Positions 28,181 through 38,702 of a stretch of 64,000 bases of DNA are shown here, in pieces. The notes below the pieces were generated by a model. That model saw nothing but the letters and a program-made list of their open reading frames with translations, was not told where the DNA came from and made no database searches. The translations under genes were made by a program, and so were the position numbers. Within the stretch, counting starts at the first letter, position 1; the number at the start of each line of letters is the position of its first letter. The stretch spans positions 1 through 64,000 of the forward strand of contig JBGSVZ010000012.1 in assembly GCA_041752695.1 (NCBI GenBank). Direction: 5' to 3'. The DNA comes from Terrimicrobiaceae bacterium. Lineage in GTDB: Bacteria; Verrucomicrobiota; Verrucomicrobiia; Chthoniobacterales; Terrimicrobiaceae.

Positions 28181-28792
28181 TTAGCGCGAATAAAGTTCGA
28201 CGACGAGCTGTTCGTTGACGATCGGATTGATGTCGCTCCGCGTCGGGATGCGCAGAACGGAACCGCTCAAGTTGTCCTTGTCCACCTGGAGCCAGTCCGG
28301 GGTGGTCTGCGAGGCCGTCTGATCGAGGAACTTGACAGCCAGGCGCTTGGAGCGGTCTCCGGCTTTGATGGCGACCTTGTCACCAACCTTGAGGTTCATC
28401 GAGGAGGCCGAAGCCTTGCGTCCATTCACCGTCACATGGCCATGGCCCACCATTTGACGGGCGGCGCGCAGGGTTTTGGCAAAGCCCATTTTCTGCACGA
28501 CGTTGTCGAGACGGGTTTCCAGAAGCTGGAGCAGGATTTCGCCGGTGACACCACGCTTGCTGGAAGCGAGCTGGAAATAGCGGCGGAACTGCCGCTCAAG
28601 CACCCCGTATTGGAAACGGAGCTTTTGCTTTTCCGCCAGCGCGAGGGCGTAGTCGGAAAGCTTGCGGCGGGAACCCTTCGGGCCGTGCTGGCCGGGAGGA
28701 TAGTTTTTGTTTTCGAAAGCTTTCGGGGAACCGTGGATAAGCACACCATAGCGGCGGCTGATTTTGGTTTTGGGTCCGGTATAACGAGCCAT
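28181..28792 (-). CDS. rpsD: 30S ribosomal protein S4
   Basis: MARYTGP, PPGQHG, EKQKLR, LETRLDN, VVELYSR. Confidence 0.99.
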   Translation of the reverse strand: MARYTGPKTKISRRYGVLIHGSPKAFENKNYPPGQHGPKGSRRKLSDYALALAEKQKLRFQYGVLERQFRRYFQLASSKRGVTGEILLQLLETRLDNVVQKMGFAKTLRAARQMVGHGHVTVNGRKASASSMNLKVGDKVAIKAGDRSKRLAVKFLDQTASQTTPDWLQVDKDNLSGSVLRIPTRSDINPIVNEQLVVELYSR

Positions 28793-28829
28793 TAAATTTG
28801 AGAATTAAGATTTAAGATTTTTAATGTGA

Positions 28830-29588
28830 TTACACGCGGCGCTGTTTCGGCGGGCGGCATCCGTTGTGGGGCACGGGAGTCACGTCACGGATCACCGTGA
28901 TTTCGAGACCGACGGCCTGCATGGCGCGCACGGCGGACTCACGGCCTGCGCCGGGGCCCTTCACGCGGACTTCGACTTCGCGAAGACCATGTCCCATGGC
29001 CTGTTTGCAGGCATCCTGAGCCACCATCTGGGCGGCGTAAGCGGTGCTTTTGCGCGAGCCTTTGAAGCCGCATTTTCCAGCGCTCGACCAACCGAGGACG
29101 GCACCTCGCATGTCGGTGATGCTGACGATGGTGTTGTTGAAGCTGGCCTGCACGTGGGCGATCCCCTGCGTGATGTTTTTGCTGCCCTTGGCCTTGACGA
29201 TCTTGACGGGTTCAATGGCGTCGTCGAGCGAGATGCTGATTGGGGCGGGAGCTGCGGCCGGAGCGGCTTCCTTTTTCTTTTTCGGGGCCTTGGCTTTTTT
29301 CTCGACGGGGGCGGCTTCGGCGGTCGCAGCGGCGGCGGCAACAGGGGCGTCAGCAGCAGGAGCTTCCGCGGTGGCATCGGCTGCAGGCGCGGCGGCTTCA
29401 GCGGCTTTCTTTTTGGGAGCAGCCTTGGGTTTCTTTTCCGCGACGGGGGCTTCCGCAGTCGCTTCGGTGGCAGGAGCCTCCTTGACAGGTGCCTCAGCGG
29501 CGGGTGCTTCAACGGCAGGCGCTTCAGCGACGGGGGTTTCGGCAGCGGGTTCGGGTGCCGCCGGGGTGGGTTCGAGTTCGTCAGACAT
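28830..29588 (-). CDS. rpsK: 30S ribosomal protein S11 with ~130-aa Ala/Glu/Pro/Lys-rich N-terminal extension
   Basis: [44 protein letters not shown]. Confidence 0.97.
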   Translation of the reverse strand: MSDELEPTPAAPEPAAETPVAEAPAVEAPAAEAPVKEAPATEATAEAPVAEKKPKAAPKKKAAEAAAPAADATAEAPAADAPVAAAAATAEAAPVEKKAKAPKKKKEAAPAAAPAPISISLDDAIEPVKIVKAKGSKNITQGIAHVQASFNNTIVSITDMRGAVLGWSSAGKCGFKGSRKSTAYAAQMVAQDACKQAMGHGLREVEVRVKGPGAGRESAVRAMQAVGLEITVIRDVTPVPHNGCRPPKQRRV

Positions 29589-29595
29589 AGGTCAA

Positions 29596-29991
29596 TTACA
29601 CTTTGCCAGTCTTGGCATTCGGGTTGCGCTGCACACCGACGGTCTTGCGGGGACCTTTGCGGGTGCGGGCGTTGGTGGATGTGCGCTGGCCGCGCACGGG
29701 CAGTCCACGACGGTGGCGGATGCCGCGATAGCAATTGATCGCCTGGAGGCGTTTCAGGTTGCCCTGGGTCTCACGGCGAAGGTCGCCTTCGATCACGATC
29801 TTCAGAGAATTGATCGCGTGGATGATGGCGTTAAGTTGCTCAGGCGACAGATCCTTGGCACGGGCGTCGGGATCGATTCCGGCGGTCTCAAGGATGCGTT
29901 TCGTATTGCTCGGGCCAATGCCGTAAATATACGGCAGCGAGGCTTCGATGCGTTTGTCACCGGGAATTTCTACTCCAAGAAGGCGGGGCAT
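29596..29991 (-). CDS. rpsM: 30S ribosomal protein S13
   Basis: [30 protein letters not shown]. Confidence 0.99.
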   Translation of the reverse strand: MPRLLGVEIPGDKRIEASLPYIYGIGPSNTKRILETAGIDPDARAKDLSPEQLNAIIHAINSLKIVIEGDLRRETQGNLKRLQAINCYRGIRHRRGLPVRGQRTSTNARTRKGPRKTVGVQRNPNAKTGKV

Positions 29992-30004
29992 ATAATTTAA
30001 GAGG

Positions 30005-30074
30005 TATGATGTGGGATGTTTGAAGTGGGATGTGGGGCTGTCAAAATCTTACGTCAGACATCACACATCGTACA
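30005..30074. repeat. Heptamer-periodic imperfect inverted repeat (GATGTGG-like units mirrored by ACATCAC-like units)
   Basis: gatgtgg gatgttt gaagtgg gatgtgg … atcttac gtcagac atcacac atcgtac, between rpmJ and rpsM. Confidence 0.6.
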
Positions 30075-30080
30075 TGGGCG

Positions 30081-30194
30081 TTAGCCCTGTTTTTGTTTGT
30101 GGCGCGGATTTTTGCAGATCACGCGCACGACATTCTTGCGCCGCACGATCTTGCAGCTTTCGCATTGGCGTTTTACGGAGGCTCGTACTTTCAT
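30081..30194 (-). CDS. rpmJ: 50S ribosomal protein L36 (not in ORF track)
   Basis: Manual translation [37 protein letters not shown] (37 aa, Zn-ribbon type). ATG overlaps the infA stop. Confidence 0.98.
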   Translation of the reverse strand: MKVRASVKRQCESCKIVRRKNVVRVICKNPRHKQKQG

Positions 30195-30436
30195 TTTACA
30201 GGTTGTGGTTGTGGCGCATCTTTATGTCGGAAGGTGATGCGGCCCTTCGTGAGATCGTATGGGGACATTTCCACCATGACTTTGTCACCGGGAAGAATGC
30301 GTATGAAGTGCAGACGCATTTTTCCAGAAACGTGTGCGAGGATGCGATGCCCATTGACCAATTCAACACGGAACGTGGTATCGGGTAGCAGCTCGACGAC
30401 TTTCCCTTCTATTTCAATAGCGTCTTTCTTGGCCAT
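30191..30436 (-). CDS. infA: Translation initiation factor IF-1
   Basis: [17 protein letters not shown]…[17 protein letters not shown]. Confidence 0.98.
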   Translation of the reverse strand: MAKKDAIEIEGKVVELLPDTTFRVELVNGHRILAHVSGKMRLHFIRILPGDKVMVEMSPYDLTKGRITFRHKDAPQPQPVK

Positions 30437-31179
30437 GTCAAGATTTCCGGAGCGCCGTCGGTGACGAGCACGGTGTGTTCAAAATGGGCGGACGGCAGGC
30501 CGTCGGCGGCGACCACGGTCCATTTGTCTTCCAGCACACGTACGCGGGGCTTGCCCATGTTGATCATGGGCTCGATGGCCAGGGTCATGCCGGATTTCAA
30601 TTTCGGACCGGTGCCGCGTTTGCCGAAGTTTGGGATCTGCGGTTCCTCGTGCAGGCTGCGGCCGACTCCATGGCCGACGAATTCGCGAACGACGGAGTAG
30701 CCGTTGCGCACGGCCTCCTCTTCGACAAAAGCACAGACGTCGCCCAGGCGACGGCCGGCCCGGGCCAGGTCCACCGCACCGTTCAGAGCCTGTTCGGTGA
30801 CCGTAAGCAGCTTTTCCGTCTCGGGATCAATAATGCCCACCGGAACGCTCATCGCGGTATCGCCGATCCAGCCGTCCCGCACGATGCCAACGTCGAGCTT
30901 CACAACATCGCCGTAGCTGATTTTGCGCGGACCACCGATGCCATGAACGACTTCTTCGTTCAGGGAAATGCAGATGTGGCCGGGGAATTTTTTATAACCG
31001 TGGAAAGCGCTGCGGACTCCCTCTTCGGCCATGTGCTGCATGGCAGCATGGTCGATGTCCCCGGTGGTCATGCCGGGGGCGATCAGGTCCGCCAGCCGAT
31101 TCAAAATATTCGCGGCGGTCTCGCCGGCCTTGCGCATCTTCTCGATCTCGGGGGCGCGCTTGATGGGGATGCCACTCAT
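30409..31179 (-). CDS. map: Methionine aminopeptidase type I
   Basis: [17 protein letters not shown]…LHEEP, AIEPM, SAHFEHT. Confidence 0.97.
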   Translation of the reverse strand: MSGIPIKRAPEIEKMRKAGETAANILNRLADLIAPGMTTGDIDHAAMQHMAEEGVRSAFHGYKKFPGHICISLNEEVVHGIGGPRKISYGDVVKLDVGIVRDGWIGDTAMSVPVGIIDPETEKLLTVTEQALNGAVDLARAGRRLGDVCAFVEEEAVRNGYSVVREFVGHGVGRSLHEEPQIPNFGKRGTGPKLKSGMTLAIEPMINMGKPRVRVLEDKWTVVAADGLPSAHFEHTVLVTDGAPEILTWPRKTLLK

Positions 31180-31826
31180 GCCGCCACCTCCAGAACGTCG
31201 TTATAGAGGAAATTAAAAATCGCGTCGCGCCCGGGAGTCACATCCACCTCGGTGAGTAATCCTTTGGTGCGGTAGTGCTCCACCACGGGAAGCGTATGTT
31301 CCCGATATTGCGCGAGGCGGTGATCGAGAGCCTCCAGCGTATCGTCTTCCCTGCGGGCGAGTGCGCCTCCGCATTTCGGACAGGGGGACTCTGCCGTGAC
31401 GTGGTGGAACTTTTCGTTAAAGACCGAACCGCAGCTTCCGCAGGTGAGCCGACTGGTCATGCGGTCCCGGACAAGCTCTTCCGCCAGATTCAAAAAATAC
31501 ACCGCGTCCAGGGAAAGCTCTCGCTCGACGAGACCCTCGTCAAAAGATGCGGCCTGCCCGATCGTGCGGGGAAACCCGTCCAGAATGAAACGTTTCCGCC
31601 CATCCACCCAGTTCCAAACCACGCGAAGCGCGAGTTCATCCGGAAACAAATTCCCTTCGCTGGTCCAGCGACTGGCTTCCAAACCGATCTCGCTGCCCCG
31701 AGCTTTTTCGTCCCGCAGAATCGCACCCGTCGAGGCGGAGGGAATCCCAAAGGTCGCCGCCAGGAGAGCCGCCTGTGTGCCCTTGCCGGAAGCCGGCGGG
31801 CCGAGCAATACGATACGATTTTTCAT
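31176..31826 (-). CDS. adk: Adenylate kinase (Zn-lid type)
   Basis: GPPASGKGTQA, LDGFPRT, CxxC…CxxC lid, RxDD. Confidence 0.96.
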   Translation of the reverse strand: MKNRIVLLGPPASGKGTQAALLAATFGIPSASTGAILRDEKARGSEIGLEASRWTSEGNLFPDELALRVVWNWVDGRKRFILDGFPRTIGQAASFDEGLVERELSLDAVYFLNLAEELVRDRMTSRLTCGSCGSVFNEKFHHVTAESPCPKCGGALARREDDTLEALDHRLAQYREHTLPVVEHYRTKGLLTEVDVTPGRDAIFNFLYNDVLEVAA

Positions 31827-31833
31827 GGCCCCC

Positions 31834-33339
31834 TCAGCCCCCTTTGGCGAAGAAGAACGTCACACCCGCGATGACCAGCAGACCGATACCGGCGTAGAGG
31901 ATCACGAGAGAGTTGTCGTCAAGCACCTGGCCGGAACCCATGCGGCGCTGTTCCCGCGCCCCACGGATTTTTCCTTTGCGCAGGAATCCGTCGTAGTGGC
32001 GTTGCAGCAAATGAGTCTCCACCTGGCGCATGGTATCGAGCACCACGCCCACAATGATCAGAACACCCGTGCCACCAAAAAACTGCGCCGTCATGTAAGG
32101 AACGTTCAGCGACTGCGCGAGCAGCTGGGGCAATACCGCAATGAGGGTGAGGAAAATCGCACCGGCAAAAGTGAGGCGCGACATGGTGTAATCGAGAAAA
32201 TCTGCCGTGGGTTTGCCCGGACGGACACCCGGAATAAAGCCGCCGTATTTTTTCAAATCGTCGGCGATCTGGACGGGTTGAAACTGCGTCGCCACCCAAA
32301 AGTAGCTGAAGAAGAAAATCATCCCACCGAAGAGCACGTAATGAATCCAACCCGCCGTCAATTCCTGCGACAGCCAGGCTGCCCATGAGGCCTGCGGAAA
32401 TGCCATGCTGATGATCTGCGACGGGAAGAGCAAAATCGCCTGTGCAAAGATGATCGGCATCACGCCGGCGTAGTTCACCTTCAGCGGCATGTATTGGGTC
32501 TGACCCCCGTAGACTTTCCGGCCCACCACACGCTTCGCGTATTGAATGCTAATCTTACGTGTCGCCTGCGTCACCGCAATGACCGCGGCAATGACAAAGA
32601 CGAGGAACAAACAGAGCAGAACGAGAATGACCGGGCTAACATTGGCCTGTGCCCCCGGGTCGCTGGGAACAAAAGTGCGCCAGGCTTGGATGAGGCCGGC
32701 GGGGAGCTGGGCGAGAATACCGACCGTGATGATGAGCGAAACCCCGTTGCCAATGCCGCGTTCCGTGATCTGGTCGCCCAGCCACATGAGGAACAACGTG
32801 CCCGCCGTCATCGTAATGATGGTGAGCAATTGGAAAGTCAAACCCGGCTCCGGCACGAGGTCCATGCCGAGGCTGTTAATCGTCTCCATGATGCCCGGCA
32901 GGAACGGATTGGCTTGCGGATTTTCAAAAGACTTGGCCAGCAAATAACCCTGGAAGATACAAAGCGCGATGGTGGCATAGCGCGTGTACTGCATGATCTT
33001 CCGGCGACCGCCATCTTCGCGCGAAAGTTTGCCCAACTGCGGGATCACCGCGGTGAGCAACTGCATCATGATGGACGCGCTGATGTAGGGCATGATGCCC
33101 AACGAGAAAATCGCGCAATGCGCGAGAGCCCCGCCGCTGAACAGGTTGAAGAGCGCCGCGACCCCACCTGCAGTTTGGGCGTCCGCCACGTTCTGGAACC
33201 AGACGCGAAGAATCTCCGCGTTCACTCCCGGCGTGGTCACGGCCGAACCCACACGGATGATCACGATCATCGCGAGGGTAAAGAGCACGCGTTGCCGCAG
33301 CTCGGGAATTTTAAAGATGTTGGTAAAGGCGGAGATCAC
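31834..33339 (-). CDS. secY: Preprotein translocase SecY with extra C-terminal hydrophobic helix
   Basis: LGIMPYISASI, GIGNGVSLII, AGVMPIIFA, IPGVRPG, FGGT. Confidence 0.98.
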   Translation of the reverse strand: MISAFTNIFKIPELRQRVLFTLAMIVIIRVGSAVTTPGVNAEILRVWFQNVADAQTAGGVAALFNLFSGGALAHCAIFSLGIMPYISASIMMQLLTAVIPQLGKLSREDGGRRKIMQYTRYATIALCIFQGYLLAKSFENPQANPFLPGIMETINSLGMDLVPEPGLTFQLLTIITMTAGTLFLMWLGDQITERGIGNGVSLIITVGILAQLPAGLIQAWRTFVPSDPGAQANVSPVILVLLCLFLVFVIAAVIAVTQATRKISIQYAKRVVGRKVYGGQTQYMPLKVNYAGVMPIIFAQAILLFPSQIISMAFPQASWAAWLSQELTAGWIHYVLFGGMIFFFSYFWVATQFQPVQIADDLKKYGGFIPGVRPGKPTADFLDYTMSRLTFAGAIFLTLIAVLPQLLAQSLNVPYMTAQFFGGTGVLIIVGVVLDTMRQVETHLLQRHYDGFLRKGKIRGAREQRRMGSGQVLDDNSLVILYAGIGLLVIAGVTFFFAKGG

Positions 33340-33379
33340 AGGAAAATCAAGAAGGAGGAGTTACGACGCGGGAAGATTC

Positions 33380-33856
33380 CTATTTCTTCCGCTTTCCCTC
33401 TTCCTTCTTGGCTGTGATCGTGACCGAACCGCCGGCCTTTTCGATTTTGTCCTTGGCCGAGGCACTGATGCCGTCCACTTCGAGATGGAACTTCTTTTTC
33501 ACCTCACCGCGTCCGAGCACCTTGATGCCGTCAAGCGGACCACGCACGAGGCCGGCGCCACGGAGGAGCTTTTCATTGATGGCCGCGCCATCTTCGAAAC
33601 GCTTCTCGAGATCATCGAGATTGACCACACCATACACCGTCTTGAAGGCGGCATTGGTGAAGCCCCGCTTGGGCAACTGACGGTAGATGGGCATCTGACC
33701 GCCTTCGAAACCGAGGCGAATGCTGCCACCGGAACGGGCTTTCTGACCCTTGTGGCCCTTGCCGGAAGTCTTGCCGTGGCCGGAGCTTTCGCCGCAACCG
33801 AGGCGCTTGCGGCGATGTTTCGCGCCGGGATTGGGTTTTAGATCGTGGAGTCTCAT
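33380..33856 (-). CDS. rplO: 50S ribosomal protein L15
   Basis: GKTSGKGHKGQKARSG, GFEGGQMP, LPKRGF. Confidence 0.98.
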   Translation of the reverse strand: MRLHDLKPNPGAKHRRKRLGCGESSGHGKTSGKGHKGQKARSGGSIRLGFEGGQMPIYRQLPKRGFTNAAFKTVYGVVNLDDLEKRFEDGAAINEKLLRGAGLVRGPLDGIKVLGRGEVKKKFHLEVDGISASAKDKIEKAGGSVTITAKKEEGKRKK

Positions 33857-33859
33857 GGC

Positions 33860-34402
33860 TTAGGCGGCGACGGCGACGGGTTCCTTCACACGAAGGGTCT
33901 TGCCGCGGAGTTTAAAGATTTCGTCTTTCGGACGCAGGGCCGTCAACGCGTCGAGGGTCGCCTTGACAACATTGGACGGATTGCTGGAACCGAGGGATTT
34001 GGCGAGCACGTCACGAATGCCGGCTGCTTCGATGACGGCACGGACACCGCCGCCGGCGATGACGCCGGTTCCGGGCGAGGCCGGCTTGAGGAGCACGCGT
34101 CCACCGCCAAACTGGCCGATGACTTCATGGGGGATGGTGTTGTCCTGAACGGCAACCTGCACCATGTGCTTTTTGGCGGCGTCGGTGGCTTTGCGAATGG
34201 CTTCGCTAACTTCGTTAGCTTTTCCGAATCCGATGCCAACCTTCCCCTTGTGATTGCCGGAGACAATCAGGGCGCTGAAGCTAAAGCGACGGCCGCCCTT
34301 GACGACTTTGGCGCAACGATTGATGAAAACAACCTTCTCGGTCGTTTCCTTCGGCTCTTTGTCGAAGTCGGGTTTGTTGAAAGATTTTCTGTGAGTGCCC
34401 AT
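33860..34402 (-). CDS. rpsE: 30S ribosomal protein S5
   Basis: [23 protein letters not shown]. Confidence 0.98.
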   Translation of the reverse strand: MGTHRKSFNKPDFDKEPKETTEKVVFINRCAKVVKGGRRFSFSALIVSGNHKGKVGIGFGKANEVSEAIRKATDAAKKHMVQVAVQDNTIPHEVIGQFGGGRVLLKPASPGTGVIAGGGVRAVIEAAGIRDVLAKSLGSSNPSNVVKATLDALTALRPKDEIFKLRGKTLRVKEPVAVAA

Positions 34403-34406
34403 GGCT

Positions 34407-34763
34407 TTAGAATTCGAGTCCGGCTTCGCGTGCTGCGTCGGCGAGAGCCTTCACTTTGCCGTGGTATTTAAAACCACCGCGGTCGAAGACGACCTTTTTG
34501 ATGTTCTTGGTGGAGACGCGTTCGGCGATGAGTTTGCCCACCTTGGTCGCGGTGACGACGTTGGCGCGGGATTCTTTGTCGGCGCGGAGTTCGGCTTCGG
34601 TCGTGTGGACCGAGGCAATCGTCTTGCTCTGAGTGTCGTCGATGACCTGGGCCGTAATGTGACGCTCGGAGAAATGGACTGCGAGACGGGGACGCTCGGT
34701 CGTTCCGGAAACTTTTTTCCGCAGGCGGACGTGGCGAAGCTGGCGTTTGTTTTCCTGTGGCAT
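34407..34763 (-). CDS. rplR: 50S ribosomal protein L18
   Basis: [26 protein letters not shown]. Confidence 0.98.
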   Translation of the reverse strand: MPQENKRQLRHVRLRKKVSGTTERPRLAVHFSERHITAQVIDDTQSKTIASVHTTEAELRADKESRANVVTATKVGKLIAERVSTKNIKKVVFDRGGFKYHGKVKALADAAREAGLEF

Positions 34764-34766
34764 GGC

Positions 34767-35306
34767 TTACTGGACGGTTTTGCCCTCTTTGCGGCGAACA
34801 ACTTCACCGGCATAGCGGATGCCCTTGCCTTTGTAAGGCTCCGGCGGGTAATAGGCGCGAATGTCGGCCGCGGCCTGGCCGACAACGTGTTTGTCGATTC
34901 CTTCGATGGCGATCTTGGTGTTATCCGCAACCGTGACCGTCACTTCCTTGGGGATGCTGAAGAGGATCGGGTGGGATTTGCCGAGGCTCAGATTGAGCTT
35001 GTCGCCTTGCACGGCGGCCTTGAAGCCGACGCCCTGAATTTCGAGGTTCTTCTTGAAACCGTTGTTCACGCCTTCGATCATATTGGCGATGAGGGCGCGG
35101 GAAAGGCCGTGCAGGGCTTTGACCGGGCGGGTTTCGCCGTCGCGATCCAGCGTGAGGGTGGTGCCTTCCATGCGGACACGGACGACTTTGGGGACGGTCC
35201 AGGAGAGTTTTCCTTTGGGACCTTCGACGGAGACGGCCCCCTCGGGGCTGACTTTCACCTGCACCTTGGCGGGCACTTCAATGGGTTTTTTACCGATACG
35301 GGACAT
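34767..35306 (-). CDS. rplF: 50S ribosomal protein L6
   Basis: MSRIGKKPI, GPKG, PEPYKGKGIRY. Confidence 0.98.
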   Translation of the reverse strand: MSRIGKKPIEVPAKVQVKVSPEGAVSVEGPKGKLSWTVPKVVRVRMEGTTLTLDRDGETRPVKALHGLSRALIANMIEGVNNGFKKNLEIQGVGFKAAVQGDKLNLSLGKSHPILFSIPKEVTVTVADNTKIAIEGIDKHVVGQAAADIRAYYPPEPYKGKGIRYAGEVVRRKEGKTVQ

Positions 35307-35316
35307 GGTGTGCTCC

Positions 35317-35709
35317 TTACCAAATGTAAGCGAGAAGTTCCCCGCCGACGTTTTGCTTCTTGGCCTCCTGGCCGGTGAGAATTCCACGCGAAGTGGAAAG
35401 CACTGCGATGCCCATGCCGCCAAGGACGCGCGGCACCTCGGTCGCACCGACATAACGGCGGAGACCAGGTTTGCTGACGCGCTTCAGGCCGGCGATGGCG
35501 CAGGTTTTGTTGACGAACTTGTTTTTGATTTTGAGCTGCGGTCCGCCTTCTTTCGGAGTCTCGAGTTCAAAACCGGCGATGTAGCCTTCTTTTTCAAGAA
35601 TGCGGGCGATCTCGCTTTTGAGCTTGGAGTAAGGGACTAGGAATTCCGCTTTGCGCGCACGGGATGCGTTGCGCACGCGGGTGAGCATGTCTGCGATCGG
35701 GTCGGTCAT
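35317..35709 (-). CDS. rpsH: 30S ribosomal protein S8
   Basis: MTDPIADMLTRVRNA, SKPGLRRY, GGELLAYIW. Confidence 0.98.
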   Translation of the reverse strand: MTDPIADMLTRVRNASRARKAEFLVPYSKLKSEIARILEKEGYIAGFELETPKEGGPQLKIKNKFVNKTCAIAGLKRVSKPGLRRYVGATEVPRVLGGMGIAVLSTSRGILTGQEAKKQNVGGELLAYIW

Positions 35710-35725
35710 TTATGTGTAGCAGTAG

Positions 35726-36346
35726 TTAGGCAGCCGCGGGGGCTTCCTCTTGCTGCTCCTCGGTTTTTGGCGCGACCGCTTTCTTCGCCTTGTCGGCGAA
35801 GGGCATGCCAAGCTCGCTCAAGAGCGATTTGGCTTCCGCGTTCGTGCGCGCGGTTGTGACGATGGTGATGTCAAAACCGATGTTGCGTTTGATTTTATCG
35901 AGTTCGATCTCGGGGAAAATGGACTGGTCAGTGACGCCCAGGGTGTAGTTGCCATTGCCGTCGAAGGCTTTGGTGGAAACACCGCGAAAGTCGCGAATGC
36001 GAGGTAGCGACATGCGGATGAGACGCTCGAGGAACTCATACATCGTGCGGCCCCGGAGAGTGACCTTCGCGCCGATGGCTTGACCCTGGCGGAGCTTGAA
36101 GTTCGCGATGCTCTTCTTCGACACCGTCGCGACCGGACGCTGGCCGGTGATGGTGGCGATTTCCGTTTTCGCAATTTCGAGGGCTTCCTTGCTGTCGGAT
36201 CCGGCTCCAATGGACGTGTTCAACACGACTTTGGAAACTTTGGGGATCTGATGGATATTCGTGTAGCCGTGCTTCTCCTTCAAGGCCGCAATGACGCGGG
36301 TCTTGTATTCAGTAAGAAGTTCGGGATCGGGTAGAGTGGTGGCCAT
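35726..36346 (-). CDS. rplE: 50S ribosomal protein L5
   Basis: ITGQRP, KVTLRG, LPRIRDFRG, FDGNGNY. Confidence 0.98.
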   Translation of the reverse strand: MATTLPDPELLTEYKTRVIAALKEKHGYTNIHQIPKVSKVVLNTSIGAGSDSKEALEIAKTEIATITGQRPVATVSKKSIANFKLRQGQAIGAKVTLRGRTMYEFLERLIRMSLPRIRDFRGVSTKAFDGNGNYTLGVTDQSIFPEIELDKIKRNIGFDITIVTTARTNAEAKSLLSELGMPFADKAKKAVAPKTEEQQEEAPAAA

Positions 36347-36352
36347 GTGTGC

Positions 36353-36628
36353 TTAGGCGGCTTTCTTTTTCGCCTTTTCCTTTTGGGGAGCGGTGGCTTC
36401 GACGATCTTCACATTCGAAATGTGGATCGGGCCTTCCCGCTCGATGATTGCGCCGTTCGGGTTATCCTGGGTCTTGCGCTGATGCTTTTTGATCATGCGG
36501 ACTCCTTCAATAACCACCTGGGACTTTTCGGCGATGACCTGAAGAATCTTCCCGGAGGAACCGCGATGGTTCCCGGAGATGACTTTCACGGAGTCACCGC
36601 GTTTGACATGAAAATTGGGTCTGCTCAT
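36353..36628 (-). CDS. rplX: 50S ribosomal protein L24
   Basis: [15 protein letters not shown] motif, EGPIHISNV. Confidence 0.97.
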   Translation of the reverse strand: MSRPNFHVKRGDSVKVISGNHRGSSGKILQVIAEKSQVVIEGVRMIKKHQRKTQDNPNGAIIEREGPIHISNVKIVEATAPQKEKAKKKAA

Positions 36629-36990
36629 AGCACTTCAGGCGCGAGGGAGATGATCTTCATGAAGTTCTTTTCACGAAGTTCGCGGGCGACCGGTCCGAAG
36701 ATGCGGGAGCCGCGGGGATTTTGATCCTTGTCGATGATGACAATGGCGTTGTTGTCGAAGCGAAGGTAGGAACCGTCTTCGCGGCGGATCGGCTGCTTGG
36801 TGCGAACGATGACAGCGCGGACGACGTCACCTTTTTTCACCGTGCCGCCGGAGGAAGCTTCCTTGACGTTGGCAGTGATAATATCACCCACCCCTGCGGT
36901 TTTGGTGGCCTTGCCGATGACACCGATCATCGTGGCCATGCGGGCGCCAGTGTTGTCGGCAACATCAATACGGGAACGAATTTGAATCAT
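36625..36990 (-). CDS. rplN: 50S ribosomal protein L14
   Basis: [26 protein letters not shown]. Confidence 0.98.
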   Translation of the reverse strand: MIQIRSRIDVADNTGARMATMIGVIGKATKTAGVGDIITANVKEASSGGTVKKGDVVRAVIVRTKQPIRREDGSYLRFDNNAIVIIDKDQNPRGSRIFGPVARELREKNFMKIISLAPEVL

Positions 36991-36996
36991 GGCAGG

Positions 36997-37296
36997 TTAG
37001 TGTTTGATGATTTCCACGAGACGCCAGCGCTTGAGGCGCGAGAGCGGGCGGGTTTCCATGATGGTGACGCGGTCGCCGACCTTGGCTTCGTTCTTCTCGT
37101 CATGAACGTGGAAACGTTTGACGTGTTTGATGATCTTGCCGAATTTTTTGTGCGGCACGCGGGTGGTGGTGCTGACAACGATGGTTTTATCCATGGCGTC
37201 GGAAACGACCTGGCCCACGCGGGTTTTGCGCAGATTGCGGTCCCGCTCGACAGCGGCGGACGCGGGGGCTTCGGGTGTGGAAATAGCTTCGCTCAT
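36997..37296 (-). CDS. rpsQ: 30S ribosomal protein S17
   Basis: [31 protein letters not shown]. Confidence 0.98.
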   Translation of the reverse strand: MSEAISTPEAPASAAVERDRNLRKTRVGQVVSDAMDKTIVVSTTTRVPHKKFGKIIKHVKRFHVHDEKNEAKVGDRVTIMETRPLSRLKRWRLVEIIKH

Positions 37297-37305
37297 ACGG
37301 GTGTG

Positions 37306-37527
37306 TTACTTGGCGGCAGGCTGGGCGGCCTTGGCAGCAGCGGCACGTTTGCCGGTGATGACGGTTTCAATCCGGGCCGCATCACGGCGCAGGTTGCGCA
37401 GCATGTGGGGTTTCTCGAGTTGTCCGGCCTGCTGCTGGATGCGGAGATTAAACACCTCGTGGCGGATCTCACGCTTGCGCGATTCGAGTTCCTTGATGGT
37501 GAGTTCCTTGACTTCGGCAATCTTCAT
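37306..37527 (-). CDS. rpmC: 50S ribosomal protein L29
   Basis: ELT..EL, FNLR, LRRDAARIETV; position between rplP and rpsQ. Confidence 0.95.
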   Translation of the reverse strand: MKIAEVKELTIKELESRKREIRHEVFNLRIQQQAGQLEKPHMLRNLRRDAARIETVITGKRAAAAKAAQPAAK

Positions 37528-37535
37528 GGCGCGGA

Positions 37536-37958
37536 TTATTTGGCAGCGTGGTGACGCGAGATAAAGCGCGTGCGCACGGGCAGTTTGTTGGCGGCGAGCC
37601 GGAGCGACTCGCGGGCGACGGTCTCACTGACACCGTCGAGTTCGAAAAGGACATTGCCGGGGCGAATGACAGCCACCCAATGTTCGGGCTGGCCTTTGCC
37701 TTTACCCATTCGGGTTTCCGGCGGGCGGGCGGTCACGGATTTGTCGGGAAAAATGCGGATCCAGAGCTTGCCTTTGCGCTTCATGGCGCGGGTCATGGCC
37801 ACACGGGCGGCTTCGATCTGAACGTTGGTGATCCAGGCGCGCTCCAAGGTCTGGAGGCCGAATTCGCCGAAGTCAATTTTCAGCGTGCGCGAGGCGTTGC
37901 CGGAACGGCTGCCGCGTTGGGTCTTGCGATATTTGACGCGTTTGGGAAGTAGAGGCAT
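37536..37958 (-). CDS. rplP: 50S ribosomal protein L16
   Basis: [25 protein letters not shown]. Confidence 0.98.
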   Translation of the reverse strand: MPLLPKRVKYRKTQRGSRSGNASRTLKIDFGEFGLQTLERAWITNVQIEAARVAMTRAMKRKGKLWIRIFPDKSVTARPPETRMGKGKGQPEHWVAVIRPGNVLFELDGVSETVARESLRLAANKLPVRTRFISRHHAAK

Positions 37959-37976
37959 GGCGTGGTCCGGTAAAAA

Positions 37977-38702
37977 TTACGCTGCGGCGGGAGTTGGCGC
38001 AGGAGCGGCCGCTTCCTCGGTGCGAGGACTGCGCCGGCGGTCTTCGCGGGGCTGCTGGGCCTCTTCGGCCTCAGGCTGTCCGGGTTTTTTGCAAATCCAG
38101 CATTTGATGCCGATCTTACCGGCCATGGTCATGGCTTCGGTAAACCCGTAGTCGATGGGCTGGCGCATGGTGTGAAGAGGGACTTTGCCTTCGTGATACC
38201 GCTCGGTGCGGGCAATTTCCGCGCCGCCGAGACGGCCGGCACAACGGATCTTGATGCCCAGGGCGCCCTGTTCCATGGCGATTTGCACGGCGCGCTTCAT
38301 GGCGCGGCGGAAGGAAATACGGCGTTCGAGCTGGGAAGCGACGTTTTCGGCGACCAATTGGGCGTCGATGTCAGGCTGCTTGATTTCGACGATGTCGATT
38401 TTGACCTGTTTGCCACCGGCGAGGCGGGAAATTTCTTCGGTCATCTTTTCGATTTCAGAACCCTTGCGGCCGATCACTACACCCGGGCGGGCGGTGTGGA
38501 CGGTGACACGGACACTGTTCCAAGCGCGTTCGATCACGATGCGGGCGACGGCGGCCTGGCGGAGTTTTTTCTTGAGAAACTCGCGGATTTTGCCGTCGGC
38601 GAACAAATAATCGGCGAAGTCCTTACGCGAAGCATACCACCGCGATGACCAGTCCCGACTGATCGGAAGGCGGAAGCCGATTGGATTGACTTTTTGTCCC
38701 AT
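37977..38702 (-). CDS. rpsC: 30S ribosomal protein S3
   Basis: [30 protein letters not shown]. Confidence 0.99.
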   Translation of the reverse strand: MGQKVNPIGFRLPISRDWSSRWYASRKDFADYLFADGKIREFLKKKLRQAAVARIVIERAWNSVRVTVHTARPGVVIGRKGSEIEKMTEEISRLAGGKQVKIDIVEIKQPDIDAQLVAENVASQLERRISFRRAMKRAVQIAMEQGALGIKIRCAGRLGGAEIARTERYHEGKVPLHTMRQPIDYGFTEAMTMAGKIGIKCWICKKPGQPEAEEAQQPREDRRRSPRTEEAAAPAPTPAAA

